A stretch of 63,964 bases of DNA, the filler included, from Octopus bimaculoides (taxonomy: Eukaryota), in the NCBI RefSeq assembly GCF_001194135.2. It is 9 parts of 9 records of this genome, joined end to end, with 100 filler letters (N's around TTAATTAATTAA, not from the genome) between each part and the next. Parts side by side here need not be neighbours in the genome. Positions count along the whole stretch, not along the records: positions 24,849 to 44,962 come from NC_068985.1; 8 more parts are not named here. The stretch is one strand, 5' to 3'. This document shows positions 30,450-43,599 of this stretch, piece after piece. The translations under genes were made by a program, and so were the position numbers. Position 1 is the stretch's first letter, and each line of letters opens with the position of its first letter. Below the pieces are notes generated by a model. The model saw only the letters and a list, made by a program, of their open reading frames with translations. It did not search any database and was not told the origin of the DNA.

Positions 30450-31120
30450 TGCAATTCGTAGAGCCATACGCAATGAAGGACTGGACATACAATTAGCACA
30501 CTCTGGCCCCTCTCTGTATGGATACCTGAATAAAAAGCAATCTAGAGACAACAATCAATGCTCATTAACTAACTGTTCTATCCGCGATACATGTATGTGC
30601 CAGCGGACACATGTAGTATACCGAATAGAATGCAACAAATGTAAGGCGTTTTATATAGGCAGCACAACTCTAACTTTGCATACTCACATTAAGGAACATC
30701 CCAACACATGCACATCCTCATTTAAAATACATATTGATAAATGTAAAAATACCAACAAACAAATTAAAGTTACTGTTGAAGCCAATGATAGAAATCTCAG
30801 CAACTTAAGAATTAAGGAAGCTTTGATTATCTATAAATTAAACCCACAAATAAATAATAGATTGGAGCTGGGCACGCAATACATAACATGACATACACAC
30901 ACAGACACATCTGCTACATATTAGAAAAGAGGTGATGAAAATTGATTTGTGGAGCGATAAGTTAATAATTGACGTCACTAACATTCACAAAGAAGAGAAA
31001 CGCTTGAAAATTCAAATATGATCATAAAATTATTTTATCTCCAACAAGAAACATCTAACAAGGACAGTTCCTTTTTAACCCTGAAGAAGGGACTTGTATG
31101 TCCTGAAATATTGGATACAC
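30450..31120 (+). mobile_element. Penelope-like element 3' fragment with GIY-YIG endonuclease
   Basis: VVYRIECNKCKAFYIGSTT.TLHTHIKEH...LRIKEALII.KLNPQINN is the PLE GIY-YIG signature; followed by a hammerhead-like motif. Confidence 0.85.
31076..31117 (+). ncRNA. Minimal type I hammerhead ribozyme core (PLE-associated)
   Basis: UAACC-CUGAAGA-A-GGGAC(UUGUAU)GUCCU-GAAA-UAU-U-GGAUA: conserved core, 5-bp stem II, palindromic AUAU stem III, stem I with one mismatch. Confidence 0.6.
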
Positions 31121-31255
31121 ATAAGACCAAAGATTACCAGGTAACTTACTTTTAGTTTACGTTACCTCATCTTAAAATCTATTTGCATTGTTTAGCCTTT
31201 TACAGCTTTCAACATCATATTCCATATACGATGCTTCAAGCAAACTATAAAATTT

Positions 31256-31287
<32 letters not shown>

Positions 31288-31883
31288 NNNNNNNNNNNNN
31301 NNNNNNNNNNNNNNNNNNNNNNNNNNNNNNNNNNNNNNNNNNNNNNNNNNNNNNNNNNNNNNNNNNNNNNNNNNNNNNNNNNNNNNNNNNNNNNNNNNNN
31401 NNNNNNNNNNNNNNNNNNNNNNNNNNNNNNNNNNNNNNNNNNNNNNNNNNNNNNNNNNNNNNNNNNNNNNNNNNNNNNNNNNNNNNNNNNNNNNNNNNNN
31501 NNNNNNNNNNNNNNNNNNNNNNNNNNNNNNNNNNNNNNNNNNNNNNNNNNNNNNNNNNNNNNNNNNNNNNNNNNNNNNNNNNNNNNNNNNNNNNNNNNNN
31601 NNNNNNNNNNNNNNNNNNNNNNNNNNNNNNNNNNNNNNNNNNNNNNNNNNNNNNNNNNNNNNNNNNNNNNNNNNNNNNNNNNNNNNNNNNNNNNNNNNNN
31701 NNNNNNNNNNNNNNNNNNNNNNNNNNNNNNNNNNNNNNNNNNNNNNNNNNNNNNNNNNNNNNNNNNNNNNNNNNNNNNNNNNNNNNNNNNNNNNNNNNNN
31801 NNNNNNNNNTATATCCATACATATATATATATACACATATACATATATATCCATACATATATATATATATACATATATATATC

Positions 31884-31935
<52 letters not shown>

Positions 31936-32989
31936 CACACATATATATATATATACATATGTATGTATCATCATCGTTGTTAAATGTCTGCCTTCCATGC
32001 TGGCATGAGTTGGATGGTTTGACAGGAGCTGGCCAATCAGAGGACTGCACTAGTCTTCTGTGTCTGTTTTGTCATGGTTTTTATGGCATCTGGCTGGATG
32101 TCCTTCCTAACACCAACCACCCAGCAGAGTGCTTTTGTATGTGGCACCAGCATATATATATATGATGAGTTTCTTTGAGTTTCTGTCTACCATATCCACT
32201 CACTATGTTTTGGTTAGCCTATGGTTATAGAAGATACTTGCCCAAGATGTCATGGTGTCATGCAGAGGGATTCAACTTGAAGTCACATGTGTATGTTCGT
32301 GTGTCCTTGTGTTGATAATATCTGATGATTGTAAATAAGCATCACTATCATCCAAGTAATGTTCATTTCCAGTCTTTCATGGGAAATATGTCTAACCTTG
32401 GAGAAATGTTAGTTTCAAATTTTGGCACAAGGCCAGCAGTTTTGGAGAAATGGGTTAGTTGATTACATTGACTCCAGTTGTCAACTAGTACTTATTCTAT
32501 TGACCTTTAAAAGATGAAAGGCAATGTCAACTCTGGCAGTATTTGAAGTCAGAACACTAAGCATTTTTTCCTGGCACAGTAACAATTCTACCAATTTGGT
32601 ACTATACCTTGGAGAAATATTAACTTGCCTGGAAATAGATGAGGGTTGACAATAGGAAGGACATCTGGTCATAAAAATATGTCTCAGTGGATTCTGTCTG
32701 GCCCATGCAAGTATAGAAAAGTGAAAGTTAAAATGATAATGAGGAAGATTATATTCTTTTATGTCTGCTTTCCATGCTAGCATGGGTTAGATGAGATGTT
32801 GCTGCTATCATTTATTGACTTGGTTTCTATGATTGGAAACACTTCAACCTCTTTACAGAGTAGGCACATTTAAAACATTTTTATGGTAAAAGCACTAGAG
32901 AAGTTGTGATGTTTTTATCTAAACTAAATGGTCCTCTCAGTACTGCACTTAGAGTGTAAAGGATGCATTTTATCATGGCACCATCACTA

Positions 32990-33350
32990 AAGAGGATGGG
33001 CCAAAAATCAGAAGGTTAATGAAATACCAGAATTTCTCGAGCTTGATGGTTGACATAAAAAAAAGAGCATGGGATTCTTTTGTGGTTGTTGTGAAAGGAT
33101 TTTGAGGCAGTGAAAAGGCCACAAACTAAAAGGATTTGATGGAGACATTTCCTGATAGCTTTCATCATTTAGGCTGCAACATAAAGCTTCATTTCCTCAA
33201 TAGCCATCTTGATGAATCTCCTGCTAATCTCGGAGACATGCGTGATGAGCATGGTGAGCGTATTTATCAAGCAATCAAGATTATGGAGGAGAGATATCAA
33301 GGCAAATCGAACACACACATGATTGCTGGAGTATTCAAAGAGAGTGTGTA
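32990..33350 (+). mobile_element. CMC-superfamily (Chapaev3-like) transposase C-terminal relic
   Basis: DGPKIRRLMK...AWDSFVVVVKGF*GSEKATN*KDL...LGCNIKLHFLNSHLD...NLGDMRDEHGERIYQAIKIMEERYQGK matches the widespread LKxHFLHSHLD...SDEHGERFHQDI..ME.RYQG family. The superfamily label is from memory. Confidence 0.6.
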
Positions 33351-33789
33351 GACATGAAACACTCCAGATGCTCTCACAAGTGGAAATTTGTTCTGTGAAT
33401 ATGAAGGTATGCGTATGATGGTTTGTGTTTTATCCATCATATTAGAGAATTAACTGTATGTATTTAGTAAAAGGTGAATCTATCTTACATTTCATTTATC
33501 ATTTCATATTCTGAGCACTGTGGAATGTTTTGTTCTATTTAAAATTTTTATTAATACAATGGTGCAAGTGTGGCTGTATGTGATTTCGTAATCACATACT
33601 TCCCTGTTCAATCCCACTGTGGACACCTTGGACAAGTGTCTTCTACTATAGTCTTAGATTGACCAAATCCTTGTGAGTGGATTTGCTAAACAGAGACTAA
33701 AAGTAACCCACCATACACATATGTGTGTGTTTGTATGTTACTGTCTTTCTGACTTGATAGTCATAAACAAATGTCACTGTCATGCAAGA

Positions 33790-33970
33790 GGTGTCCTTCA
33801 TTTCCAATCTTCTGTGAAAACTCATCTGGACATGGGGAAATATTACCCTGGTTGAAAACAGGTAATGGTTGGCAACAGAAAGGGCATCCAGCCATAGAAA
33901 ATCTGCCTTAGCAAATTCCTCCAACCCATGCATGCATGGAAAAGTGGATGTTAAAATGATGATGATGATG
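33790..33970 (+). mobile_element. Retroposon 3' end, family C (..aagggcatccagcc...aacccatgc..gcatggaaaagtggatgttaaaatgatgatg)
   Basis: Same tail in reverse orientation at about 26915-27085, 28425-28560, 31975-32152, 32750-32790, and in both arms of 11183-11420. Confidence 0.65.
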
Positions 33971-34059
33971 GGTCATCATGTAAGGTAGATTTGCTTGCTA
34001 ATGTAAGGTAGATTTGCTTGCTAATAACAGGTGATGCAGTCACATAAAGATTACCTCAC

Positions 34060-34164
34060 TTGGTAGTAGTATGCTGCAGCAGACAGTGTACATAGTGCAC
34101 CAGCATGACTGTGGTTGCAGTAGGTGAAGTGAACCAGAGAACAATGAAGATTTAAAAAGAAATT
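34060..34164 (-). CDS. Candidate 105-nt exon (NFFLNLHCSLVHFTYCNHSHAGALCTLSAAAYYYQ), gene unidentified
   Basis: ttttaacag| acceptor, CAA|gtgagg donor; two of three frames open; no homology recognised. Confidence 0.25.
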
Positions 34165-34440
34165 CTGTTAAAATTGTGTAAATTACTATTATAACTGTTT
34201 GAAGTGTTATAAAGAGTCCTTTGTGATTTATCATTAATGTAAAGTTGTTAGAGAAATCTCATATCTAGAAGGAAAATTTGTACACACATGCATACGTGGA
34301 CAGATATATATTTTTTATGTATGATATGGTGTGTGTATATATGTGTGTGTGTGTGTGTACATGAATACAAGTTTATAAATGTATGTTTAAAGACATACTG
34401 TTACATGTGTGTGCATATCTGTATTAGTACCTATGCATAA

Positions 34441-34498
<58 letters not shown>

Positions 34499-34529
34499 GT
34501 GCATATGTATACAACACACACGCACACAC

Positions 34530-34652
<123 letters not shown>

Positions 34653-36033
34653 ACATATTAATTGACAAAAAAATTTGCCATTGTCTTTATAAGTGTATAA
34701 GATGACTATTTAGTGCTTAAAACACTGTAAAGGCAGTAAGACTCTAGTAATATACAGAAAAATAAAACATGGTAGTGTAGATGTACAAATTCCTTCAGGC
34801 ACAGAATCAAAGAGACTAATTAAGCACAATATGCATTAGAATTTAATTTAAATTCAATTAAATCTAGGATTTAATTTCTGATTTTTCAATATTAGCCTGA
34901 AAGAAAACAAAAGAAAGCTATTTGTTGTTATTCTTTTATTTTGTTTTGTTTTTTAAATCATTTCTTTTTGTTGCCGTGGTTGTGGTGATTGTTGTTTTCT
35001 TGTTTGTTTGTTTGTTTGTTTGTTTGTTTGTTTGTTTGTTTGTTTGTGTATGGGTGTTTTCATTTTTTTTTTCCAAAACTTTTATGTTTCTTTAAATTAG
35101 GATGATAAAAAGTATGTATGTGCATATGTACAAATGTGGGAGTATGTGTGTATGTATGTATAATATATATGTGTGCGCACACGCATAATACATACATGTG
35201 TATATGCACGTACTGCTCTATACCCTAAGCACATGGCAAAATAAAAAAAGGAGAGTGAGATATGTGCAGAAGTGGAATTAGATGGAAGAGAAAGAAAACT
35301 GCTGGAAGAGGAACTAGGGAGGAGCGTGAAGAGGAACTAGGGAGGAGCGTGAAGAGGAACTGTAGTAAGAGGAGAAAAACTAATGAAAGATTTCTGGAAA
35401 TCCTTACATTCATACAAATAGATAGATATAAATAGATAGATACATACATACAAATGCATACATACATACATAGAGACAGACAAACAGAATTAATGAAAGA
35501 AAATTTCTGGAGATACATATGTATAGATAGATAGATAGATAGATACATATATACATACGTACAAAAAAATATTGTTACGGTTAGGATTCAGATTAGCGTT
35601 TGGGTTTAGGCTTAGGTTTAGAGTTAAGGCAGCAGTTCTTAAGCTAGAGGTAATGATCCTGGGGAGAGGGGGGGTGTCATTTGGGGTTTCTCAGGGAGTC
35701 ACAAGGAGTTTGGGAGAAAGTAATCTATTTCATGTATTTGAGCTATTGCATTGCAGCCTTATTGCTGTGTCATGTATTGTAGCTGCTAGTGGTATCATGA
35801 CTATGTGCTTCGTTCCTGCTCTAACTTCCATAGTGCTTTGCATTCCAAGACTCATTTATTAGTTCTCAGATATGCCACTGTTTATTAATCTTTGGTCACA
35901 TGATTGCGCAAACTCATCTCTGATTAGTGAGCTAGAATGAGTGTGGTGTTGTATTTGCCCATGCATTGTTAAGTTAATTCAGTGTTTAATTCAGTGCATC
36001 TATTATTTTGTGATTTTTCTTACTATACTTGAT

Positions 36034-36356
36034 GTGAAGGCCCATGGCTCTGTGATTAGAGTGCTGGGCTCACAATTATGAGGTAGTGATGTCGATTCCT
36101 GGACCAGGCTGTGTGTTGTGTTCTTGAGCAAGACACTTGATTTCACGTTGCTCAAGTTCACTCAGCTGTAGAAATGAGTTGCGATGTCACTGGTGACAAG
36201 CTCTATCAGCCTTTGTCTTCCCTTTGGATAACATCAAGGGGCATGGAGAGGAGAGGCTGGTATGCATGGGCAACTGCTGGACTTGTGCCTCAGAGGGTAA
36301 CTTTCTAGGTGCAATCCCATTGTCATTCATGACCGAAAGGGGTCTTTACCCTTTTA
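36034..36356 (+). mobile_element. CORE-like tRNA SINE family D
   Basis: tggctctgtgatt...gtcgattcc head, then ttcttgagcaagacacttgatttcacgttgctcaagttcactcagctgtagaaatgagt (CORE-like). Related copies at 28655-28920(+) and 47268-47513(-). Confidence 0.7.
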
Positions 36357-36489
36357 CTTACTTAATACACTTAATAAAACAACATTTGCATTGTATACTG
36401 AGTTCTTGGTTTCTCTTCATGCCTGTGAGTGTCTGAAATGAAATTTTAATTTTTTTTGTACATACACTTCTGTTTCCTAAGCGTACATA

Positions 36490-37100
36490 CAAGGAAGCCT
36501 TTCTTAAAATGGGTTTCACAAATATCGTTCAGACACACTGTGGTCAAGCCGCAATATGTTGTTTGCACCAAGGTTTTGAGCCAAGCAAACTGAAGGTTCA
36601 TTTTGAATCTTGCCACAGCCAATTGGTGGACAAAAGCTCATACTATTTCACATGAAAAGAAGCTTCCACTGGTCACTTCGCTTGTCAGAACAAAGTAGTG
36701 CTGGAGGCTTCATACAGAATTGCTCTAAAAATTACACAGACTAAGAAGCCTCATGCCTTTGGCAAAGATCTAATTAAGCCTTGTACTCTAGAAGCAACAA
36801 AGGTGATACTTGGAGGAGAAAAGCAGGTACACCAGTTGAGGGCAATTTCCCTGTCAAATGATACAGTCAAAAGTTGGATCTCAGACAAGACTGAGGATAT
36901 CCTGCTGCAAGTGGTGTTGCTGTGAAGAGAAGTCCAGCGTATTCATTCCAACTGGATGAGTCGACAAATGTTGCTACATGTTCCTCACTCCTTGTTTACG
37001 TTCGCTACCTTGACAGAAGTTATGAAGGAGGAGTACTCTGAGCCAGTAGCCACAACTCGTGGAGAAGATATTTCAAAAATCCTAGAAGCTTTTCTCCTTC
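36490..37100 (+). mobile_element. hAT (Charlie/Buster, ZBED5/SCAND3-like) transposase N-terminal relic
   Basis: PSKLKVHFESCH, LEASYRIALKITQTKKPHAFGKDLIKPC, ISLSNDTVK, FQLDESTNV, TTRGEDI. Confidence 0.85.
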
Positions 37101-38100
37101 TCAAAGTCAAGTACAAACCTTGGAAAGATTTACTTGTAGCTGATACTCTCTAAAGAGCAGACAAGGGCAACCTTTTTCAAGAAACAGTTCACATTGAACA
37201 TGCTTTATCATCAAGCAGTTTTGTAAAACTAAAAATATCCAAGGTATTTTTCATCAGTCATGCCATTTAAAAAGTCCTATGGCTTGGATTTTACCCATAA
37301 CTACTCAAAAAGCATACCTGAATGAACATGACAATTCTCTCTGAGACAAATTGTTATAAGTTAATGTTATCAGCTTGATTCCCATGTCACTTACAAAACT
37401 GGAACAGTTTCAGACAGCAACCAGTCAAAGTGTGTTAGTTTGACAACACTACATGATATTGTGATAAATGGTTGGCCAAAATTAAAGAAGGAATGTCTAC
37501 CATCAGTGAAACCATATTGGGAGTCCCATAGTGAAATTGCATATCATGATTAACTGCTTTTCAAAAGTAACAGAGTAACTGTCCCTGAATTGATCAAAAG
37601 TGAAACAGTGAGCAAGATATGCAAGTCTCATTAAGATGTTGTAAGAAGTAAGCAGTGAGCTAGAGAAGTACAGTTCTGGCCTGGCATGAATTCACAAATT
37701 CAGGAAGCAGTTGGAAAGTATACAACAGTTGCCAAATTGAGAATAGATAATGCTAAAGAACAATTACTGCCTAATGAGATATCCAAATGTCCTTGGTCAA
37801 AGATTGATCTTCATTTATTCTCAACTAGCTATTGTTGAATATTACTTCAAATTTGCTAAAGCAATGTAATGAAGGGATCAAACCAGTTTTACAGTCATAA
37901 AAAAGCTGAAATCCATCTAAAGACATGGAATATCAGATATTCTGATTTTGAATAATACTTCACAATTACCTTTGGAAAAATTTTAAATTTCCTAAAACGT
38001 TGACTTTCCCCTCATCACATTTAGTACACAATTCCCACAATTGAACAGACAATCTGAGTTTGCAATGAAAGCCATGAAAACACTGATGAAAAAATATGTA
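37100..38100 (+). mobile_element. Ty3/Gypsy pol relic (RNase H end to integrase)
   Basis: VKYKPWKDLLVADTL, IVINGWPK, PYWESHSEI, LLFKSNRVTVP, AREVQFWPGMNSQI, CPWSKI, RHGISD, PQLNRQSEFAMKAMKTLMKK; many stops. Confidence 0.85.
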
Positions 38101-38970
38101 TAGAAGAAAACAAAGAAGTCTTACATGGCATTGATAGACTTGTAAAATACTTCTATAAAAAGGTTAGTAAAGCATCAGCACAAGTCCTTGTGAGTTGAGG
38201 ACAATGCTATCCACATCACATCAGCTGACAGAAATGTTTACAGCATTACATCTGAGTTCAAATTTCACCAATGTTAACTTTGCTTTTCATCCTTCCAGAG
38301 TTAACGAAACAAGTAGCTATAATTGACTATCCCCCATCTCTCTAAGCATGTGCATCTTTTGAGAACTCAAAACATCTTGTTTGAGTACAACATGAAAAAG
38401 GAAATTTATGGACATAATCTAACTATCTCTATGGACATAATCTGTCAGGTACGCAGTGACCAACAACAGAATGTTATAATCAAGTCTACAGTGTGTCTGA
38501 TAATATATGCCTAGGATGTGAATGAAAGTGTAAGGGGCCGTGACCATTTGTGTGGTGATTGCATCTTATTGATTAATTTTCAATCAACATCAACCAATGA
38601 GCAATAGTTTGGCATGCAGCAGTCTTCGAGAATTTTGTCTTACTCATTTTTGCCTTCTCTTCGTTACATGGTATGTCATTTTAGAGTTTGCTAATGATTT
38701 TCTAAAAATTAATATTGCTAATATTTTTTGAAATTCATTTCTTTATAGTGCAGCTTATAATATACTAGCTGCTATTCAATATCTGATAACTATATGATAA
38801 TAAACAAATATGACAATCAGTATTGATTTTATCGTACATTTTATCGTGACAGTCACACTATTTCATTTGGTCAGTGCTTGGGTGTCAGTTTATTAGAGGC
38901 TGCCACATTATTAGGAGAAATACGGTACATAAATAAAATATTACAAGCGTTGCCTTCAAAAGTACGAAAT

Positions 38971-39446
38971 TAGAATTGAAAAATGCACAAGCTCAAAAGG
39001 GTTACAGAATGTCATAATATGCCTTAAAAAGTATGGGACTAGCATTGTTGCTCAAAAATATTGGAATATGTTGTATATTCTGTGGCATCCTTTTATCACA
39101 AGAAATTTGTTTAGTTCATTGAAATTAAGTTATATTAAAAAGTAACAAAACAATTGTGTACAAATATCAATGTCATTTTTACGTAATAATTCAATCTATG
39201 AATGATCATTTTTATAAATTTACAAGAATCACTCAAAAATAATTTAGTAATAATTTGTTTAATTTGCATAACTATTGCATTCAGGCGCAGGAGTGGCTGT
39301 GTGGTAAGTAGCTTGCTTACCAACCACATGGTTCCGGGTTCAGTCCCACTGCTTGGCACCTTGGGCAAGTGTCTTCTACTATAGCCTCAGGCCGACTAAA
39401 GCCTTGTAAGTGGATTTGGTAGACAGAAACTGAAAGAAGCCCATCG

Positions 39447-39481
<35 letters not shown>

Positions 39482-41010
39482 CTGTGTTTGTCCCCACACC
39501 ATCGCTTGACAACCGATGCTGGTGTGTTTACGTCCCCGTAACTTAGCGGTTCGGCAAAAAGAGGCCAATAGAATGAGTACTAGGCTTACAAAGAATAAGT
39601 CCTGGGGTCGAATTTCTCGACTAAAGGCGGTGCTCCAGCATGGCCGCAGTCAAATGACTGAAACAAGCAAAAGAGTATGTGTGTCATAATGCGAATTATC
39701 TTTGCTTATAATTATTTCAGTTTCGTACTTTTGCTGTTATACAGATTCGACTTCATTGTAAATCCAGTTTTGTTTTGGTCAATTTAAGACTCGTTGATGA
39801 AAACAAAAAGAAATCCAGCTTACCAGGTGTAAAAAAAGTGTGTAGAAAACGAATATTAAAAAAATTGCCCAAACAAATGTGGTGGTTGGGGAGAGGACTT
39901 TCGGAAAATTCACAAGTTCTGATTTTTCCCACATAACTTTCAGAAAAATGGATATATATTGATGTAGGCCCAATGACTTCATTGTTCTTCAGTATCTTGT
40001 TTAGAATGGTTCCTACAGCTGAATTCCCTTCCTAAAAGAGAGGGGAAACACTTTACAGTATATACCGGGTGCTTTGTTCATGTCACTAGCACATGTAACC
40101 TGCAAGATAACAAAATCTAAGGGATCTAGTTTTTTTTCATTCACAAAATATGCTTTTTGTAGAAGACAGTAAAAAATCTGAAAATTGGCTATAATAATGT
40201 AGCATTCCAATCTCATTGCTTTGAGGGTATGATGTTATGGAGAAAAAAAAAAATCAGGGAAAAAAGTTATGGAGTTTTAAAAATCGAAAAAACTAGGTAT
40301 TTTTAGCCGATAGTGAGACAAATTTTCTGCGTTTTGCGGAGCAGTGTCAACTTTAAGGTTGTACCCTGTGAGAAGCACAGAAAAATATGTAATATATTAA
40401 CATAGAAAAATTAAAATAAAACACGTAGCTGAAAAGAATCTCATGGTGTGAAGAATCAATTGTAAAAAATCAACATAGAACAACATGCGTCACAGACAAC
40501 AGTGAAGTGAATAACAACACAGCATCTTGTTGTCATGGTAACATGATGCTAATGCCATACTGTCTGTTGATTGGATAAAATTACCCAAATTTCCCAATTT
40601 TAATTCCAAATAACATCAGATTCTTTAATTTAGGAGATAAAGTAATTGGTTGATCGTAATCAAAATTCAGAGTTGTATTGATGCACCAAAAATGAAAGCA
40701 ATCTGAGCAAAATTAAGGGGGGCTGATTTTGCGAATGTGAAAGACTAAATCCAATCTAAGGACTTGGAGATGAGGAGCAGTATATTTCATATAATTAGTT
40801 GAGTGGTCTTCTTCATCTATTAGGATTCAGAAGTCTCCAAAATATAACATCCAACAGGGTTGGGTGTTCAGCAGTGGCCAGCAAAACCTACCCTGCATTG
40901 AACATAGATACGCTAGAATTGAAAAATGCACATGCTCGAAAGGGTTACAGAATGTCATAATAAACCTTAAAAAGTATGGGAATAGCATTGTTGCTCAAAA
41001 ATATTGGAAT
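38971..41010 (+). repeat. 97-bp direct repeat pair (38971-39067 and 40914-41010)
   Basis: tagaattgaaaaatgcaca.gctc.aaagggttacagaatgtcataata..ccttaaaaagtatggga.tagcattgttgctcaaaaatattggaat. Confidence 0.8.
39284..39676 (+). mobile_element. Composite tRNA-derived SINE family B, full-length copy with internal microsatellite
   Basis: gcaggagtggctgtgtggtaag...ggttcagtccc head, ccttgggcaagtgtc body, internal (TA)n(TG)n, 3' part ending gactgaaacaagcaaaagag. Confidence 0.85.
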
Positions 41011-43307
41011 CTCACTATGTTGTGCATTGTGACATCTTAAAATGAAAAGAGACTCATGTGTGAATTATGATGTCATGATAATTATTAAAACAAGTCATTC
41101 ATATAAAAATTTGAAAATGTACAAAATATGATCTTTAACTTCGAATAAGTAAATTCATTAAAATACATAAGCTTTCCTATGACATGATTGTTAGATTGTT
41201 AGATCCATACTATTGTTAGATTTTTCTTTCTAGCTTTTACTTCATTTAGAACTGCTTTGTCTATATATAATAAATCATAAGTTCCTCTAGACTTCTTTCT
41301 GCAACCTTTCTGTTCTTCTGGTAGTAAATTCTAATTGTCAAGGTGCTCATAAATGCTTTCTGAAAGCATTCCTGTTAACAGCTTCCACACTAATGGTAAG
41401 CAAGTGGTTGGTCTATAGCTGCTAGCTGTATTACCCTTGCTCTTATCCTCGATACTAAAAATATAGTAACTGTTGAACCCCATCTCTTGAAAATTGCTGA
41501 CCTTCAGCTAAAACAAGAAAGAATTATTATTATTATTATTATTAAGGTGACGAGCTGGCAGAATCATTAACACACTGGATGAAATGCTTAGAGGTATTTC
41601 ACCCATCGCTGCATTCTGAATTCAAATTCCGCCAGGGTCAACTTTGCCATTCATTCTTTTGGGATTGATAAATTAAGTGTCAGTGAAACACTGGAGTTGA
41701 TATATTTGATTAGTACCCTCTCCACAAATTTGAGGCCTTGTGCCTCCAGTAGAAAATATTATCATTATTATTGATGTGTGTGTCTGTGTGTGTAACTTTG
41801 CTTTGAGCATATCTTTTATCGAGGTAAACACCTTCCATCCTGCCCTTATTCTTCACGCATGGCCAGAGTCCAAGTTTGAAACTTCAACTTGGACAATCTT
41901 TAGTATCTATTATGCACAGGATAGAGAGAACCCAACTAGATTTAACTCTTTAGCATTCAGACAGCTCTTTCAAATGTAATGCTGATTCATTCAGTGTTTC
42001 AATCAATCATACATTATCTTGTATCTTTGAGATTTTGATAATGTGACTGTTTAATTTTAGAATGACATTGTATGGTAGGTATACAAGGCTGGATCTGGTT
42101 TGGTTTGAATAGGAGACATGAAACAGGAAAAATATTTGGGTTAGATATAGCAGTTTAAATACTTCCTTGAATTATTTCAGGAAACATATATATGTTAAGA
42201 AATAGGCTATATATGCCAATCAAAGAGTAAGCCTAAACTACTATCACAACGGTCACTGGATGTAACTTTTTTCAACACTTCTTTTGATAATGTTTGATCA
42301 GAATCTTATCAATCCACAAACTGAATAGGGTTAACTAAAATGAAAAAAGGCAAAACCTCAACTCAAACATAATTTTCTGAAAACAAGGGGATTTGGGGGG
42401 ATTTGGGTCATAGAGGGGAAAATAACTATGTAAATTCATTATGTATTTATTCTGCTGTTTTATTATTGTATCATTATTACTGTATTATTTGCATTGTTTC
42501 GTTGTGTTATTAATAAAAGAAAATTGCATTATTCATTAACATTGTGTTGCTTATGGTATTTATTGTTATTTCTTATACTTTTCTGGCTGTTTTTTTTTTG
42601 TATGTTGTTTTGTCTTTATTTCTGTTTCATTTCTTAAAATTTTCAAAACCAATAAACAGAAACAGAAACAAAACCAAAAAAAAAAACCCAAAAAACAGAC
42701 AATATTAAACCAAAGTAAAATAAATAACATTAAATTTAGAAAATGCACAAATAAATTTATATAAATAAATAAAAATATTTACTTGAAGAAATTAATTGAA
42801 TTGTTTCAAGAAACACACATATATTAAGAAATAGGCTATATATGCCAATCTAATACTTACTGAAGTCTAACTAAAGTCATTTTAGATTCTTGTTCATAAA
42901 ATGCCCAACAGCAAGGTTTTATGCGACAGGGAAAATATCTTCTACCTTTATATTACAAGTTACCTTAAATAGGTTTAAATTAACAAAAATAGCAAAGGAC
43001 AAATAATAAAAAAGCAAACCAGTAACACATGTACAAGTGCTTACATACACTCAGGCATACATATATGCATGTGTATGAATATGTAAGCAGATGTATGAAT
43101 GCGTATGTATACATATGCATCTATATACATATGTACATGTATGTATACATATGATTATAAAATTACATGCATATACACAAACGTATACATGCTTACATGA
43201 ATGCATGCATATATATTCATATCTACAAACATACACATATATATACACTCATGCATATACATACAAACACAAAATGTATATGCATATGCAAGTATTGTGT
43301 GTGTATG

Positions 43308-43339
<32 letters not shown>

Positions 43340-43400
43340 TGCACATGTTTGTATATATATATATATATATATGCATATTTTTTATAATTATATATGTACA

Positions 43401-43471
<71 letters not shown>

Positions 43472-43540
43472 NNNNNNNNNNNNNNNNNNNNNNNNNNNNN
43501 NNNNNNNNNNNNNNNNNNNNNNNNNNNNNNNNNNNNNNNN

Positions 43541-43599
<59 letters not shown>

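Noticed and set aside
35578-35632. Degenerate TTAGGG-like hexamers
   Set aside because: Short and highly degenerate; more likely part of a TE than an interstitial telomere.
39284-39360. tRNA-like A/B boxes here and at 4343, 36034 and 47440-47513
   Set aside because: These are SINE heads; no complete cloverleaf, and each continues into a SINE body.
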